DNA of 64,000 nucleotides from the human T2T-CHM13v2.0 reference genome, Homo sapiens: NCBI RefSeq assembly GCF_009914755.1, contig NC_060935.1; one strand, 5' to 3'. Shown piece after piece: positions 37,140-52,570 of this stretch. A program made the position numbers and the translations under genes. The stretch's first letter is position 1, and each line of letters starts with the position of its first letter. The notes below the pieces were generated by a model. It was not told where the DNA came from, ran no database searches, and saw only the letters and a program-made list of their open reading frames with translations.

Positions 37140-38500
37140 TAACTTTTATTGTTTCCTTTAAATTTATGTATTTCATATACAGTAAAATTCAGTCTTTTTG
37201 GTATACAGTTGAATGGCTTATAACAAATGCCTGCAGTAATGTAACCATGACCAAAATCCAGAAGCAAAGCAGTTCCATCACCCTAAATAATTTCTTGTGT
37301 GGTTCCATCACTCTATATAATTTCCTGTTCTCCCCACTTGTGCCCTATTCATCCCAGTCCCTGGCAACCACTAATCTGTTCATTACTCTAGTGTTAACTT
37401 TTCCAGAACATCATATAAATGGAACATACACTGAATCATACCCTTTGAGTCTGGCTTCTTTCACTTAGAACATTCCATTTAAGATTCATGAGTGTTGCAT
37501 GCACTGATAGGTTTTTTCTTTTTATTGATGAGTAGCATTCCACTGTGTGAATGTATCAAAATCTGTTTATCCATTCACTCCCTTAAGAACATTTGAATTG
37601 TTTCCAGTTTGGGGACTTTGTATATAAAGCTGTTGTGAACATTTGCCTGCAGGTTTTTGTATGAAGATTAGTTTTCATTTCTCTTGGGTTCACCTAGCAG
37701 TGGAATTGCTGTCATGGAAAGTGTATGACATAACTTTAATTTTATAAGAAATTATCAAAATGTTTACAAAATGGCTGTATGATTTCTCATCCTCGTTACC
37801 AATGTGTGAGAGTTCCAGTTGTTTCATATTCTTGTCAACACAAAGTTTTTCTGATTTATTCATTCTCATAGGTATGTAATGGCATCGTTTTGTGGTATTA
37901 ATTTGTATTTCACTATGACTCATGATTTGAGCATCTTTTCATGTGTTTATATCATCCACATATCTTTGGTGAAGTGTCTATTAAAATATTTTTCCCATTT
38001 TATACTTGTTAGTTATTGCTGAGTTTTGAGAGGGCTTTACATATTTTGGAAACAAGTCCTTTGTCATATTGCTTTTCTCATAATATTTGTGATAATTCCT
38101 GATATTTTATCTCTGTGTGGCTTGTCTTTTCATCCTTTTATTCCTGTTTCGGGAGGGAAAAGTTTTCAACTTTGATGAAGTCCACTTTCTCTATATTTCT
38201 CTTTGTGGATCATGCTTTTGCTTTTACATCAGAGAACTGTCCTAAATCTAAGATCACAAAACATTTCTAGTTTTCTTCCAGAGTTGTAGTTTTAGGTTTA
38301 GTCTGCAATTGATTTTAAGTTTTATTTATTTTTTGTATGGTGCAATATCTGGATCAAAGTTTGTGTGTTTGTGTAAATTGTGTGTTGTGTAAAAAAATTA
38401 ACACAATTGTGGATGATTAGCATCTTAACCATGTTGAGTCTTCCAATCTTGAACAAGATATATTCTCCATTTATTTTGGTCTTGTTTAATTTCTTTTGCT
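37140..38500 (-). mobile_element. L1MB/MC 3' fragment, antisense
   Basis: ccctggcaaccactaatctg…ctggcttctttcacttag…ttccagtttgggg. Confidence 0.75.
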
Positions 38501-40616
38501 GTGGGGTACCTGGGAGAATAGGCAAACCTGGTGGATGAAGGCAGAGCAGGGAGTGGGTGATTGAAGGGGCAATGTGACTGGTGCATTATTCTCTCCAAGG
38601 CCACCAGACAAGGTGAGAACTAGAAAGATCAGAAGTACAAGGCACAAGTGACAGAGGTTAGTCATCCTGACATCATGCAGCTTTAAGATTGTCCAGAGAA
38701 CTGTGAGTGGCTGCTATTACCTCTGGGTCTCTGGAGTATGTCTTGCCCCTTTGACGAGAAACCCTTGCTTCCTCCACCCTACATAAACTCCTCAAAAGAG
38801 AAACCTCTAGCACTGGAATCTCCCTCCCCAGACAAAAGCTCTGCACAGATGGAGTCACGTCTCTATCAGCGTCCCCCAGACTTAGAGTCCCCTGGAAACT
38901 GGATGGTCAAGATCATAAGTTATTGGGACTTATGTATGCCAGATGCAACAGTCTGCCCGGCACATTAGACACATCTTATGGGAGTCTCACCACACCTAGA
39001 GGGAAGTGTTTTCCAATTTGACAGAAAACAGAGGGGAGGCATTTGTTCAGAATGCATTTGAAACCTGGCCCCTCGGCAAACTTTACTGACCAGCTTCTAC
39101 TTTAGGGACTAGGCATGTGAAAGAAGGACAGAGTCCCAGCTCTTGTGAACCTTACATTTTAAAGAGTGAAAGAGATTATCCAGGAAACAGACAAATAGAA
39201 AGTTTTCGCTAGTGGATCAAGAACATACAAAGGTAACAGAAAGTGGCAAGTGTGTGCCTTGGAGTGCTGCTCCGGCTAGGGAAGTCAAGAGGCCTCTGAA
39301 GTGGCCCTGAAGACACCCAAGGGAAGGCCAGACAGAATGGTGAATGCACAAGCCCTGAGAATGGCTAAGGCTTCCTGTCCAGGGCCTGAGTGATCACTGT
39401 AGCTGGGACCAAGGGGAGAGGAGCTGAGCAGCAGAAGGTGGGGCAGAGGGAGGGGTGGACAGGGGCCAGAACACTCTAGCCCCATGGGCCTTGGAAAAGA
39501 GGGGATGGGAAGATGCTTGAAGGGATAGAAGAGTTGAGAGTGGAGGCTATTCCAAAAACATCCAGGCTAAAGAGGAGGGGGCCTGCAGTGGCCTGAGACT
39601 GGGAGCTGAAGGGGCAGAGAGGAGGGGATGGAGTGGATGAGAGGTGTGAAGGAAAAGAGAGATGGAGAATGTAGGGCTTAAACTGTGGAGGCCAGAGAGG
39701 GAGCAGAAATGACAAGTAGGTTTTGACCCTAAAACCCAAGCACCTTAGCACTGACAGGAACTTCGCCTTTTTCTTCCTTGTCTCTAATTGGCCAGGACAG
39801 TGGTGAGTACATAGTAGATATTCATTCAATCACTTTGATCATTTATTCAATGAACATTTCTTGCAAACCTACGTGCCTGGTACGTCACAGGTACCAAGGA
39901 TATACCAGTGAATACAGTGGTATCCTTGTTCTCTTGGAGCTGACACTGTAGAGGGAGAAAGGAAAAATAAATTGTGTGTGTTTGTGTGTGTGCATGCACG
40001 TGTGTGTGTGTGTTTTGATATGGGCAGAAGGGAAAAGAGAATGGCGGAGGCTGTTTTGGAAGTGATGATAATTGGCTTCTCTGATAAGGTGATATCTGAG
40101 ACCTGAAAGGAGTGAGGAGGTGAGTCCTAGATGGAAATATCTAGAGGAACAACATTGAAGATAGAGAAAACAGCAAGTACAAAGGTTCAGAGATGGGAGG
40201 GTGCTTGTTGACTGACCAATAGGTCTAGTGCTTGTTGACTCACTAATCAGTACCTGTGTCCCTTCCATTAGACTTGGAATTCTCTAAGGAACATGCCTGG
40301 GTTTTCCTCATCAGACAAGAGGGGTCAGAGAGGTGGGATGGGGGCCACTTTCTCTCTTTCTTTATGCTATTCTTCTTTCCCCAATCCTGGCCAGGCTTAG
40401 AAGTAGGGGCCAGGGAAAGACAAGGGTTGAGTCTGTTACAATCTGGAGAAAAGTTACAGAAAGTCAAGGAATAGGAAGGTTCTGTGCTGTTCCAGAACCC
40501 ACTACTCATATCCATGCTGTTTCTGCTTTTAACACCTGCAGGTCCCACCCTGTCATCCAGTTCCCCATCTTTGCCACTGTTGTGGCATCCATCACACTAA
40601 AACACCCAGCTTCTTG

Positions 40617-41163
40617 TGTTACCAGCCACAAGTTTTTAGTCTCCCATGCAATAGAAATTGACACAAGGCCAAGTGAGTTTCCCAGACAAGGCTTTATTAG
40701 GGGCTTATTCTTGAATACAAGGGAGACAGCACTGGAGTGAGAGTTCTCCAGATGGCTCCCCAAGGAGAGGTCTTTTTGCTGTTTTAAACATGGTGACATG
40801 AAAAGCATGATGTATGCTAATATCATTGCATGTGTTGGGTGGAGTGTAGAGTGTGCAGGCCCAGTGAGATATCATGTTAGTACTTACATCACATGATCAA
40901 AAAATGGTGGATAAGCCCCTCCCTGGGTGGGGATTTTCACATTATAATGAGGCAAGCAATGAGGTAAAGTCCTGTGTGCATGCAAGCAATAAAGTTAACT
41001 CCCTTGAATGAGATTTATGGTAGAATGCTTCTTATCTTAGTTTCTTTAAGGTCTTACAGCCAGTGAGGATGGCACCAGTGGAGGTGCAAGTTCTGGTAGT
41101 CAGCGGGTGTGGAAAAATGCATTATTAGTGGTGGAGGCAGAGTCCCGTCCCTACTCTGTTTCA
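40617..41163 (-). mobile_element. Solo ERV1 LTR (LTR35/36-like) with 4-bp TSD CTTG
   Basis: CTTG|TGTTACCAG…CCCTACTCTGTTTCA|CTTG; minus-strand AATAAA near its 3' end. Confidence 0.7.
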
Positions 41164-42969
41164 CTTGGATATTTACCTCCCGGTGCATTATCTGCCTCTT
41201 TGGCTATCTTGACAGGGGTTGGGCATAATCTCACTTTGGGAATGCTGTGAATGTGGTCAATTCCTGCTCTGCCCCAAGGCCTCGAGACTGAGAAGGTACA
41301 TAGAAGACTCCAGAATCTTAGAATCTCTACTCAGATTCCACCTAGACTCTTGCTTGTGTCCTGGGCCTTAGTCACTTCCTCCTTATTATTCCTCAGTCAT
41401 TTCTGCTTCTCTAGGTAACTTGCTGACAGAACATGTTGCTCTAAATTCTGCTGATTCAAAACTCTTTTATTCTTACCAACAAAGAGTAACAGGCATCTCC
41501 AAATATGCCTGACCACACATGAACTCTTACAACGCATACAGTGAGTGCAGATTACCCAATCCAATAATTTATTCTAATTTTAATTCTAGACACTCCCCTC
41601 CTGGTAAGGTGAAATTCTGTGTCCCAAAGGCCCTTTCCACAGAGCATTCTAGGGCTCAGTGAAGGGACATTCAAAAGAGCCAGGTCCTCCTTTTCCATTT
41701 GAGCCCCTCTTCTGGAGCCCAGAGCTATAGAGGGAAGAGTGACTGGCTTCTAGGACTCTTAACTGAGGAGAAGGCAGTTGAGGGCCATCAAGGAAAGGCC
41801 TCAGAGTAGACAGGAGCTAAGGTAGCTAGGCCTGGTCAGCTGTCCTTTGCCTTAAGTCAGGGGTTCTCAAAGCCTGGACCCTAGGATGGCAGAATCAACA
41901 CAAACTGCAGCCTCAACCCAGATATATTAAGTCAGATCCTCTGGGTTAGGGCTCAGCAATCTTTGTTTCAAGAAACCCCCAGGTGATTCTGATGCAGAAT
42001 GGTGGCAAGAACTCAGACCCAGACTGGGACTGTCAGGCAGGTGGAGTCCTGGCTCTCCAGTAGACTCTGAACGTGAGAGGTCATGGGCAAAGCCCTTCTG
42101 GACCTGGGCATCCCTTTCTCCATTTGACAAGCCCCAGGATTTTTACCAGGTCTCTGAGGCAGTGATAGAATCAGGTGAACATCTCAATGGGAGATGCACA
42201 CACAATTGTAACCTTACCCCTTTCTCACTTAGAGGGAAAACAAACTACGTGCAGTTGCTTTGAATGTCTTTGGGTAAAGTCACAGGGGAGCTGCCTGCCC
42301 TCTGAATGAGCCAGATATTTCATTTACCCTATTTAGTTAGAGATCTTGCTATACCTTAAGCAGAAAACCCACCATCACTACCACATACTTTCCCACAACC
42401 TTGGAAAGGAAGAGACATGTTTGAGTTGGAATTTGCTATCCCTAGACCCTCCTTCCACTTCCACTCTTTTTTGGCATGGGGACTTTTCTGTACTGCCTCC
42501 TTAGGAACTCAGGTCCCATCAAAATGTGGAAAGAACAATTACATTTGTTTCGCACATTTGCTTTTTTGATAGTTTCTGAGGAGAGTAGGAGGAGGGCAGG
42601 TTTTTCAAGGCTCCTTTAGGGATGCAAGTATGATTACCCCAAAAGGTTCCACCCCCTTCACACTTATCAAGGGTCCCCATAAGAGCCTGGCCTTTCACAT
42701 ATATTATCTCACTTACCAAGCACAGATCAGAGATGTTAAACAAGTAGCCCAAGGTCACACAGTGGGTGGTACATGTAGCAGAGCCTGGATGTGTGCTTCC
42801 TCCCTCTGGACCCTACCACCTCCCTCAGAGGTTTCACAGGGCAAGCTGGGACTGGCACTGAATCCTCAGGCCACTTAGTACCCTGTCATGGCCCTCAAGG
42901 AATCCGCACCCCAGGCAAAGCCTTCTTCTGAGGTTTGGGAGTGAGAGAGTGACTCCCCAATCTTCCTCC

Positions 42970-43469
42970 TGTTACCAGTGGAGGGTCTTGACTAAAAGTT
43001 GTCCTGGTTCCTGGCATTTTAAAGAAAAACTTAGTAAAAACATACAAACAAAGCAGCAAAAGAAAGAAGCAACGAAAGCATAGATTTATTGAAGTGAAAG
43101 TACACTCCACAGAGTGGGAGCAGGCTTGAGCAAGGGGCTCAAGAGCACTGGTTGCAGAATTTTCTGGGATTTAAATACCCTCTAGAGGTTTCTCATTGGT
43201 TAATTTGTTTACACCCTATGTAAATGAAGTAGTGGCCCACAACCAGTTTCACTGGTTGCAGGAGAGGACCAACTAGAGGTACTTTCCATGTTTCATCTGC
43301 AATGCAGTGGAAAGCGGGAGTTGGGGGCATAATTTGCAAAAAGGAGGAGCCTCTGATCCTTTTGTTACTTGACTGTGGAGAGGTGGAATTTTCCTTTTGA
43401 TTCAGTTCCAGGAAGTGAGTGTGAATCATCCTTAGGTTCCCTGCCTCCAGGTCCTGTTCTTCTGCCTCA
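42970..43469 (-). mobile_element. Solo ERV1 LTR (MER51/LTR15-like) with 4-bp TSD CTCC
   Basis: CTCC|TGTTACCAGTGG…GGTTCCCTGCCTCCAG…CTGCCTCA|CTCC. Confidence 0.8.
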
Positions 43470-43629
43470 CTCCTTCAGACCTGGGGCATCCCTCTTCTTG
43501 CCAGCCTGCTCCTCCCCTTGGTTCCAAGGGGGCTCCTGAAGGCTGCATTTGATCACTCAGCAGAACCTGAAGTGGGGAAGGCAGCCAGGTCTTGTTTAAT
43601 TTCCTACAATATATTTTAGGACAAAAGTC

Positions 43630-44710
43630 TTGCATATCTTGTCAGAGTTTTCTTCATAGATTACCTGTCATCTGTGAATTAAGATAATTTTACTAATTTC
43701 TTTCTGATCCAGATGCCTTTTATTTCTTTCTGTTTTTTATTGCACTGGCTAAAACTTCCATCACAATGGTGAAGAGATTCTGCCAGAGCAAACATTCTTG
43801 TGTTTTTTCTAGTCTTGGGAATTCATTCAATCCTACACGATTAAGTATGATGTTACCTGTAAGTTTTTCATAACTGTTCTTCATAAGATTGAAGAAGTTT
43901 CCTTTTATTCCTAGGTTGCTGATATTATTAGAAATAGATGTCAGGCTTACCAAATACTTTCTCTATGTCTGTTGAGATGATTCTGTGTATATATAGAAAT
44001 TTTAATTATTCTAATTGGCTTATTACAGTGATATATTTTTCAAAATTAAACCAACCTTGCATTCCTGGTATTTACCTATTAGTTCTTGCATTTATGTTTA
44101 TATTGGTCTGTAGTTTTCTTTTATTGTAATGTTTTGCCTGTATATTACAGAGCTAATATATCCCTATTGCTGAGGCAATGTTCTTTTTAGTATTGTACTC
44201 AATGCCTCACGAATTATGATGTTTTCCCTATGTCTGGTGGGAACAGCAACTATTCCCAGCCCTGTAAGATCTCCAGGGATTGTTCCTTCTAATATTTTTG
44301 GGTAGCTGATTTCCCTGACTTAGGTGATTTCCTCACATGCATGTGCGGATCACTAGTCATCTGAAGACTTAATGGGGACCCTCTCTGTACAGTCCTCTCA
44401 TGCCCTTTGAAAGCTAAACCCATTGGCTTCCCAGAACTTGGTTCCTTTTCCTCAACTCAGCTGCTACTGAGCGTTGCCTGGATTATTTTCCCTGCACCAT
44501 GGCCTAGAACCTCTTTTCAGGCAGTAAGCTGGGGCAGTCATAGAGTTTGCATCATTGTTTTTCCGTTTCTCAGGTGTCACTGTCCTTCTTTGACTAATGC
44601 TCAATGTCTTGGAAACCATTTTGTATATTTTGTCCATTTCTCCAGGATTTTCAGGCAGGAGTGTAAATTAGTTCTATGTTATTCCATGGTGGCCAAAGTA
44701 GAAGCTCAGG
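43630..44710 (-). mobile_element. L1M ORF2 fragment followed by a third L1ME-type 5' end (~44140-44710)
   Basis: Minus ORF 43720-43953 resembles L1 RT (LGIKGNFFNLMKNSYEKLTGNIILN); ggcagtaagctggggcag…ggccaaagtagaag. Confidence 0.7.
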
Positions 44711-45484
44711 ATGCTGCTTTTTTTTATTTTTCCAAAGGCTTTAGTTTTAATTAGTGGAAATAATGGGCTATAATGGGCTTACTTTATCTTGGCTGCCCCT
44801 ATTACTATCAAATACATAAATATAAACATACCAGAAGTTTTCTTAGCCAGATTAAGAGCATCTTCAAAAATCTCACAGGGAATATCATGTTAAATAATGA
44901 ATCATTATAAGTATTTCCCTTATAATGAGGGAGAATAGAGGAGTGCTCACTATTACTGCCTTTATTTAGCTGGTAAATAAAATTTAATTTAGCCAATGCA
45001 GTGTGATAAGAAAAAATAGTAAAATATAATATTTGAGAATTGAAAAGAAGGGAACAAAGCATATTCATGAAATATCCACAGATGGTATCATATCTATTTT
45101 TGAAACAAAAAATATTTATAGATAAAATATTAGAATGATTGTAAAGTAGCATATTGGCTAGGGTTAAGGTTGATATTTACAAAACAATGGATTTAGCTTA
45201 GTCAGCAATATCAGAAAATGTAATCATCAAAAATTATTTTATAATGCCTAGAAAAATATTATTTACCTGGAAATAAATGTAAAAATTATTTGTTAACCAT
45301 TTATGGAGAAAATTATTTTGCTGAAGGCATGAAAATGAGACATAAATCAATGTCAAGATATACTAATGAGTAGAAAAATTCAAAATTAAGACAATATTTC
45401 ATGAATATACAGAAAAATATACCATTGGAATAGAACAGAGAGAGTAGAGACAGACTCACAAATTTCAAGATGTGACAATATCTT

Positions 45485-46058
45485 TGTATTAGTTTGTGCT
45501 ATGGTGTGAATCTTTGCGTCCCCCACAATTCATATGTTTAAATCCTAATCTCCAAGGTGATGGCATTAAGAGATGGGGCTTTGATGGGTGATTAGATAAT
45601 GAGGGCTCTACATAATGTATTTTCTTAGAAAAGTCCAGACTATGTAGTCTCTTAGGGGTAATAAAGTACCACTGACTGTTTGGCTTAAACAACAGAAATG
45701 CATTGTCTCATGATTCTGGAGGTTCAAAGTACAAGGTCAAGATGTCAGCAGAGTTTGTGACCTGTTAGGGCTGTGAGGGAAAGATCTGTTCCAGGACTCT
45801 CTCCTTAGCTTGTAGTTGGCCATGTTTTTCCTATGGCTGTTTACCTCATCTTCCCTCTGTGTATGTCTATGTCTGTATTTCCACCTTTTCTAAGGATATC
45901 AAGGGTATTGGATTAGAGGCCCATCCTACTGCAGTGTGACCTCATTTTTAACTAAGTATATCAACAAGAACTGCATATCCAAATAAGTATCACATTTTGA
46001 GGTACTAGGGATTAGGACTGTAACGTGAATTTTGAGGGGACACAGTTCAACCCATAAC
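45485..46058. mobile_element. MaLR LTR fragments (MST/MLT1)
   Basis: tgctatggtgtgaatctttgcgtccccc…; ggcttaaacaacagaaatg…ggggacacagttcaacccataaca. Confidence 0.65.
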
Positions 46059-47036
46059 AATCTTATGTGGCAAAACTGACAGTACAGATCAGTGGAGAAA
46101 GAATGAACAATTCAGTCAGCATCGCTGGAGTAATTAGTTATCCACATGCAAAAAATAAAAAGTGATACCTACTTGAAGCTATGTACAAAAAATAATTCCA
46201 GATTAAAAACTTGAATGGTAAAAGCAACCTTTACAATTTTTTGAAAAAAAAAAAAAAAACAATTATCCTGTGAAAGGTGTTCTAATGGTATAAAAAGATT
46301 AATAAACTTGACAACATTAAAATTAACTCCTTTATGACACCTGAGAATGAAAAATCAAGAAGAAATTCAGAATAGATGTTTAACACATATGATGAATAAA
46401 CAATTTGTGTCTACAATATTTAAAATACTCCTAGAATCAATAATAAAAAGAAAAATAATCCAGTATAAAAATGAACAAAAGACATAAACAAGCATTTTAG
46501 AGACTGAAGTGTGAAAAAGGGTTCAATTTCATTAGTAATTAGGAAACTACTGTTTAAACCCTCAGTAAGATGCTATTTCACACCCACAAGATTGGTAAAC
46601 ATTAAAATATGGATAACACCAAGCTTTGATAAAGACATAGAATAATGAGAACTCTCATTTCTCATTGGTGCAAGTGCAAGGTGGTACAACCATTATGTTA
46701 AATAATATGGCAATATCTATTATAATAAAGATGATTACTCATTTTCTTTTTCTCATTGCTCTCCTACTGCCTCATGTCTTCAAATATTTATTGATAAAAT
46801 CTATTTCTGAAGTTGAGCAATTCCACTTCTAAGTCTATACTTGAGAGACACCCTTGTAGATGTGCACCACGAAACATATTTGAGGATATTCATAGCAAAA
46901 TTAGCCACTGCTTTTATTAGAAAAACCCCAGAAATAACAGAAATATTCACAAACAGTTTGTTTCTTCAGTGAATTCTAACTGTAAAAATGGATACAGAAT
47001 TTCATCAACTAGAATGAACCTCAGAAAAGTAGTGCA

Positions 47037-47346
47037 GGCCGGGCGCAGTGGCTCACACCTGTAATCCCAGCACTTTGGGAGGCCGAGGCAGGTGGATCAT
47101 GAGGTCAGGAGTTGAAGACCAGCCTGGCCAAAATGGTGAAACCCCGTCTCTACTAAAAATACAAAAATTAGCTGGGCATGGTGGCATGCACCTGTAATCC
47201 CAGCTACTCAGGAGGCTGAGGCAGAGAATTGCTTAAACCTGGGAAGTGGAGGTTGCAGTGAACCGAGATTGTGCCACTGCACTCCAGCCTGGGCGACAGA
47301 GCGAGACTCCGTCTCAAAAAAAATAAATAAATAAAATAAAATAAAT
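47037..47346 (+). mobile_element. AluS (AluSg-like) with TSD AAGTAGTGCA, inserted in L1ME
   Basis: Full Alu; TSD at 47027-47036 and 47347-47356. Confidence 0.95.
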
Positions 47347-49337
47347 AAGTAGTGCAAATCACAGAAGAACATATTCAGCTGGATCTGTTTATATAAAATC
47401 AAAACCAGCAAAATGAAACAGTGTACTATTTATACTTTTACTACATATGTATATGTCCCTAAATAAGTGTAAGACAATGATAATTTTAAAACAAATTCAG
47501 ACTTAGTGGTTGTCCATGAGAATGAGAAAGGAAGATAAGATGAAGGAGGGACACACTGTATGCCTCTAATGATTTGTAGTGTGCTATTTCTTAGGTTGGG
47601 AAGAGATACATGGATGTTTAGTATATGAAATATAGGGTGTCATAAAATGTTTTTGCATGCATAATATGTTTTACAGTTTTTTAAAAACACAGTATATGAG
47701 AGGTAAAGGAAGAAGCTGAGGACTATTCACAGGATACTAGCTTGAGTAGTCAAATGTGTAATGACACCATTATCAGATTCAAGAACACAGGAAGAGGGGC
47801 ACAATTAAATTTTATGACTCTGGTTTTAAAGGGGCTAAGAGTGAAATGCCTCTGACATATCCAAGAGTAGATGTCAAAGAGGCAACAAAATATTAATATC
47901 TGGAGCTTAGATGAGAGGTCAGTGCTGCAGAGATAGATTTGGGCAATAAGTATATGAAAACATGAGGTGATAGGAGAGCCCCAAGACGAAAAGGAAATCA
48001 CTATTCCTAAGACCTAAGCTCATTCCATTGCACCTACCTACTAAATGATCCAAGCCGAGCTGTACCTCCTGATTTTACTCTCTCCAGGCTTATTCCTCTA
48101 TTTATATAGACTAGATCCAATACTTCAGACTTCACAATGATTTCCTTCCAAGTTATGTTGACTCTTGTCATATAATATTTTTTACTTATGTTTTTCATTT
48201 CTGTTGCCATCAGATTCTCAATATCTTGTATCCTGGGCTACTACCAACTGATTGTATATGAGTATTTATATTTATTTATATATCCCATCCTATTATTTAT
48301 CTGCCATTTTAATATATTTTCTTAGTGCTGTCAAAACCATTGACAGAACAGAAACTAAACAGATTTTTAATGGGAATCCTTGAAAGGTGATCTTTCAAAT
48401 ATCTAAAAGATAAGTAAGTCCACCTTCACTAGTAAGTGAATAAATGTACATTCTAAAAACAGTCAAATTAGACAGAATTTTATCTATCAATTGGCAAATA
48501 TTTAAAATAGTAACACTCAAATCCTTTTAAGGAATCAACCATAGGATTGAGGTTGGTCTCCTTGAGCAGCTGGAGAGAAGAGATGGGGTGAGTTGATACA
48601 ATTCTCTGGAAGGCAGTTAGGCAGAATATATGTTGCAAAAGATGTTTACATCCTCAGTTGCGGTATTTCCACTCCTGGGAATATGACCTAGGGAAATATT
48701 CAGATGTGCACACAAAAATGTTATGTTTGTAGGAAGTTTTGTCATATTTAGAATAAGAATCTGGAAATAATCTAAATATTCAGCAATGAAAGGATGGATT
48801 ACAAATTATTATACAGTGAAATATTCTGTAGCCCCTCAACTTGTGGTTTCAAAGTTTGCTTACTGCACAAAGTAGTGACACATTGCCTAGTGAAAAATAA
48901 AGTCACATGCATCATAGTATTTAAGAAACATAAGATTTAGATCTGCATATGAAATAATAGAGGGCTGTTTCTGATCCATTTCAAGTTAGGTAAAAGGTAG
49001 GAGTCCAACTCATTTCTTTGCATCTGGATATCCAGTTATTCTAGCCACATTTGTTACAAAGATGATATTTCCCCCATTAAATGGTCTTAAGACCCTTGTT
49101 GAAAATCAAAGTACTACTTTTAAGAATCAGAAAACAAAATCAAAGTATACAGAGAAAAAAAATTAAAAATTAAAATAAAGTGTAGAATGAGTATCTAAAT
49201 TGATAGAATAGTGATTGATTTTTTCTCCATTATTCGTTAACCATTATATTATCTAATTTTTATTCATAATATCTATTAGTTCTATCATTAGAAAAATATA
49301 AAACATTATTAAAGGTGATTCTTGTTAACCTCTTTAA

Positions 49338-51476
<2,139 letters not shown>

Positions 51477-51516
51477 AAAAGAGATGCTGTCTTCAAGAAA
51501 ATATGCCAATAATTCC

Positions 51517-52570
51517 TGGCAAAGATTTCATGACAAAGACACTTAAAGCAATTGCAACAAAAGTGAAAATTGGCAAATGAGACCTAATTAAATCTTCTGC
51601 ACAGCAAAAGAAACTATCAACAGGGTAAACACACAACCTACGGAATGGGAGAAAATATTTGCAAACTATGCATACAGCAAAGATCTAATATTCAGAATCC
51701 ATTAGGAACTTAAACAGATTAACAAGCAAAAAAAACAAGCAACCCCATTAAAAAGTGGGCAAAGGACATGAACAAACACTTTTCAAAAGAAGATATACAC
51801 ATGGCCAACAAGGATATGAAAAAATACCTGATATCACTAATCATTAGAGAAATGCAAATCAAAAAAATGCCATCACACTAATCAGAATGGCTGTTATTAA
51901 AATGCCAAAAAATTACAGATGCTGGCGAGGTTGCAGAGAAAGGGGAATGCTTATACACTGCTAGTGGGAAAATAAATTAGTTCAGCCATTGTGGAAAGCA
52001 GTTGGGTGATTTCTAAAAGAACTTAAAACAGCTACCATTCAAGCCAGCAATCTCATGACTGGGTATATGTCCAAAGGAATATAAATTGTTCTACCATAAA
52101 GACATGCACATATATGTTCACTGCAGCACTATTCACAATAGCAAAACATGAAATCAACCTAAATGCCCATCAATGGTAGACTGGATAAAGAAAATGTGAC
52201 ACATATACACCATAGCATACTACACAGCCATAAAAAAGTACAAGATCATGTGCTTTGCAGCAACATGGATGGAACTGAAGGTCATTATCCTAAGCGAACT
52301 AATGCAGGAACAGAAAGCCAAGTACCACATGTTCTCTCATAAGTGGAAGCTAAATATTGAGTACACATGGACACAAAGAAGAAAACAACAGATATGGGGC
52401 CTACTTGAGGGTGGAGGGTGGGAGGAGGGTGAAGACTGAAAAACTGCCTATGGGGTACTATGCTTATTACCTGGGTGATGAAATAATCTGAACACAAAAC
52501 CCTGGTGACATGCAGTTTACCTATATAACAAAACTGCACATGGACTCTTAAACCTAAATAAAAGTTTAAA
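51517..52570 (+). mobile_element. L1PA13-16-like 3' fragment forming the FAM111B 3'UTR
   Basis: ggcaaagatttcatgacaaagaca…cacagcaaaagaaactatcaacag…gaaataatctg…aataaaagttt. Confidence 0.88.
52557..52562 (+). terminator. FAM111B: Probable FAM111B polyadenylation signal (the L1's own AATAAA)
   Basis: AATAAA at the L1 3' terminus, ~1.1 kb after the stop codon. Confidence 0.65.
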
